Shown here: in pieces, positions 27,149-27,429 of the stretch
Layout of the letters: the number at the start of each line of letters is the position of its first letter
How positions within the stretch are numbered: position 1 is the stretch's first letter
Source: a virus
Taxonomy: Duplodnaviria; Caudoviricetes
Virus record (IMG/VR): IMGVR_UViG_3300012952_000102
Location: 1-27,429 of that record
DNA length: 27,429 nt
Direction: 5' to 3' (one strand)
Program-made: the position numbers and the translations under genes
The notes under the pieces: generated by a model
Database searches by the model: none
What the model was told of the DNA's origin: nothing
Seen by the model: the letters and a program-made list of their open reading frames with translations, nothing else

Positions 27149-27429
27149 TATTTTTCCCTCGCAGCAGGATGTCGCATAAGCCGATTTTTACGAAAAAGAG
27201 CAGCTTGGCGATGCTCAAGCTCTTTGTCGGCAGACTCAAGAATCTCACGAATTTGGGTAACGTTCTCAGGAGACTTACCGCCAATATGCCACTCCTTCAT
27301 GTCCCAGACACGCAAACCGTTCGCACCTAAATAGTTCTCACCGTCTTTCCAGTTGTAGATAAAAACAACGTGCGTGTGGCCGTCTTCCTCTTGAACCTCG
27401 ACGCACCACTCAACGTCTGTTTTGTACCC
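27148..27429 (-). CDS. conserved hypothetical phage protein, 5'-truncated by the window edge
   Basis: Open frame GYKTDVEW...FIYNWKDGENYLGANG...KEWHIGG...REK*; the KT..EW/IYNWK/WHIGG pattern recurs in phage early regions. Confidence 0.75.
   Translation of the reverse strand, partial: GYKTDVEWCVEVQEEDGHTHVVFIYNWKDGENYLGANGLRVWDMKEWHIGGKSPENVTQIREILESADKELEHRQAALFRKNRLMRHPAAREK

Noticed and set aside
1-27429. Stop-codon reassignment, introns/inteins, tRNAs, diversity-generating retroelement
   Set aside because: Core genes are full length in the standard code and all three stops are used. No cloverleaf, reverse transcriptase or adenine-specific repeat pair was seen; the fibre repeat differs mostly at synonymous sites.

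Overview
This is the morphogenesis arm of a tailed dsDNA phage with a short-tailed, P22/SU10-like layout, almost all on the + strand. Gene order: large terminase, portal, scaffold, major capsid, adaptor, tail fibre, nozzle, three probable ejection proteins, holin and M15A endolysin with two membrane coiled-coil proteins, and a metallophosphoesterase. The end of a convergent - strand operon follows. The left end carries a dif-like XerC/D site and an iteron-like repeat cluster next to an AT-rich tract. The most unusual features are: (1) two large accessory genes directly upstream of terL that share an N-terminal MPHxx[FW]H motif with the last ejection protein and a ~40-aa module with each other, but carry unrelated C-terminal domains (one HhH-GPD glycosylase-like), suggesting a tagged, swappable virion-cargo system; and (2) about 5-fold over-representation of the palindrome CTCGAG. 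Family assignments come from visually recognised motifs and gene order; no searches were run.
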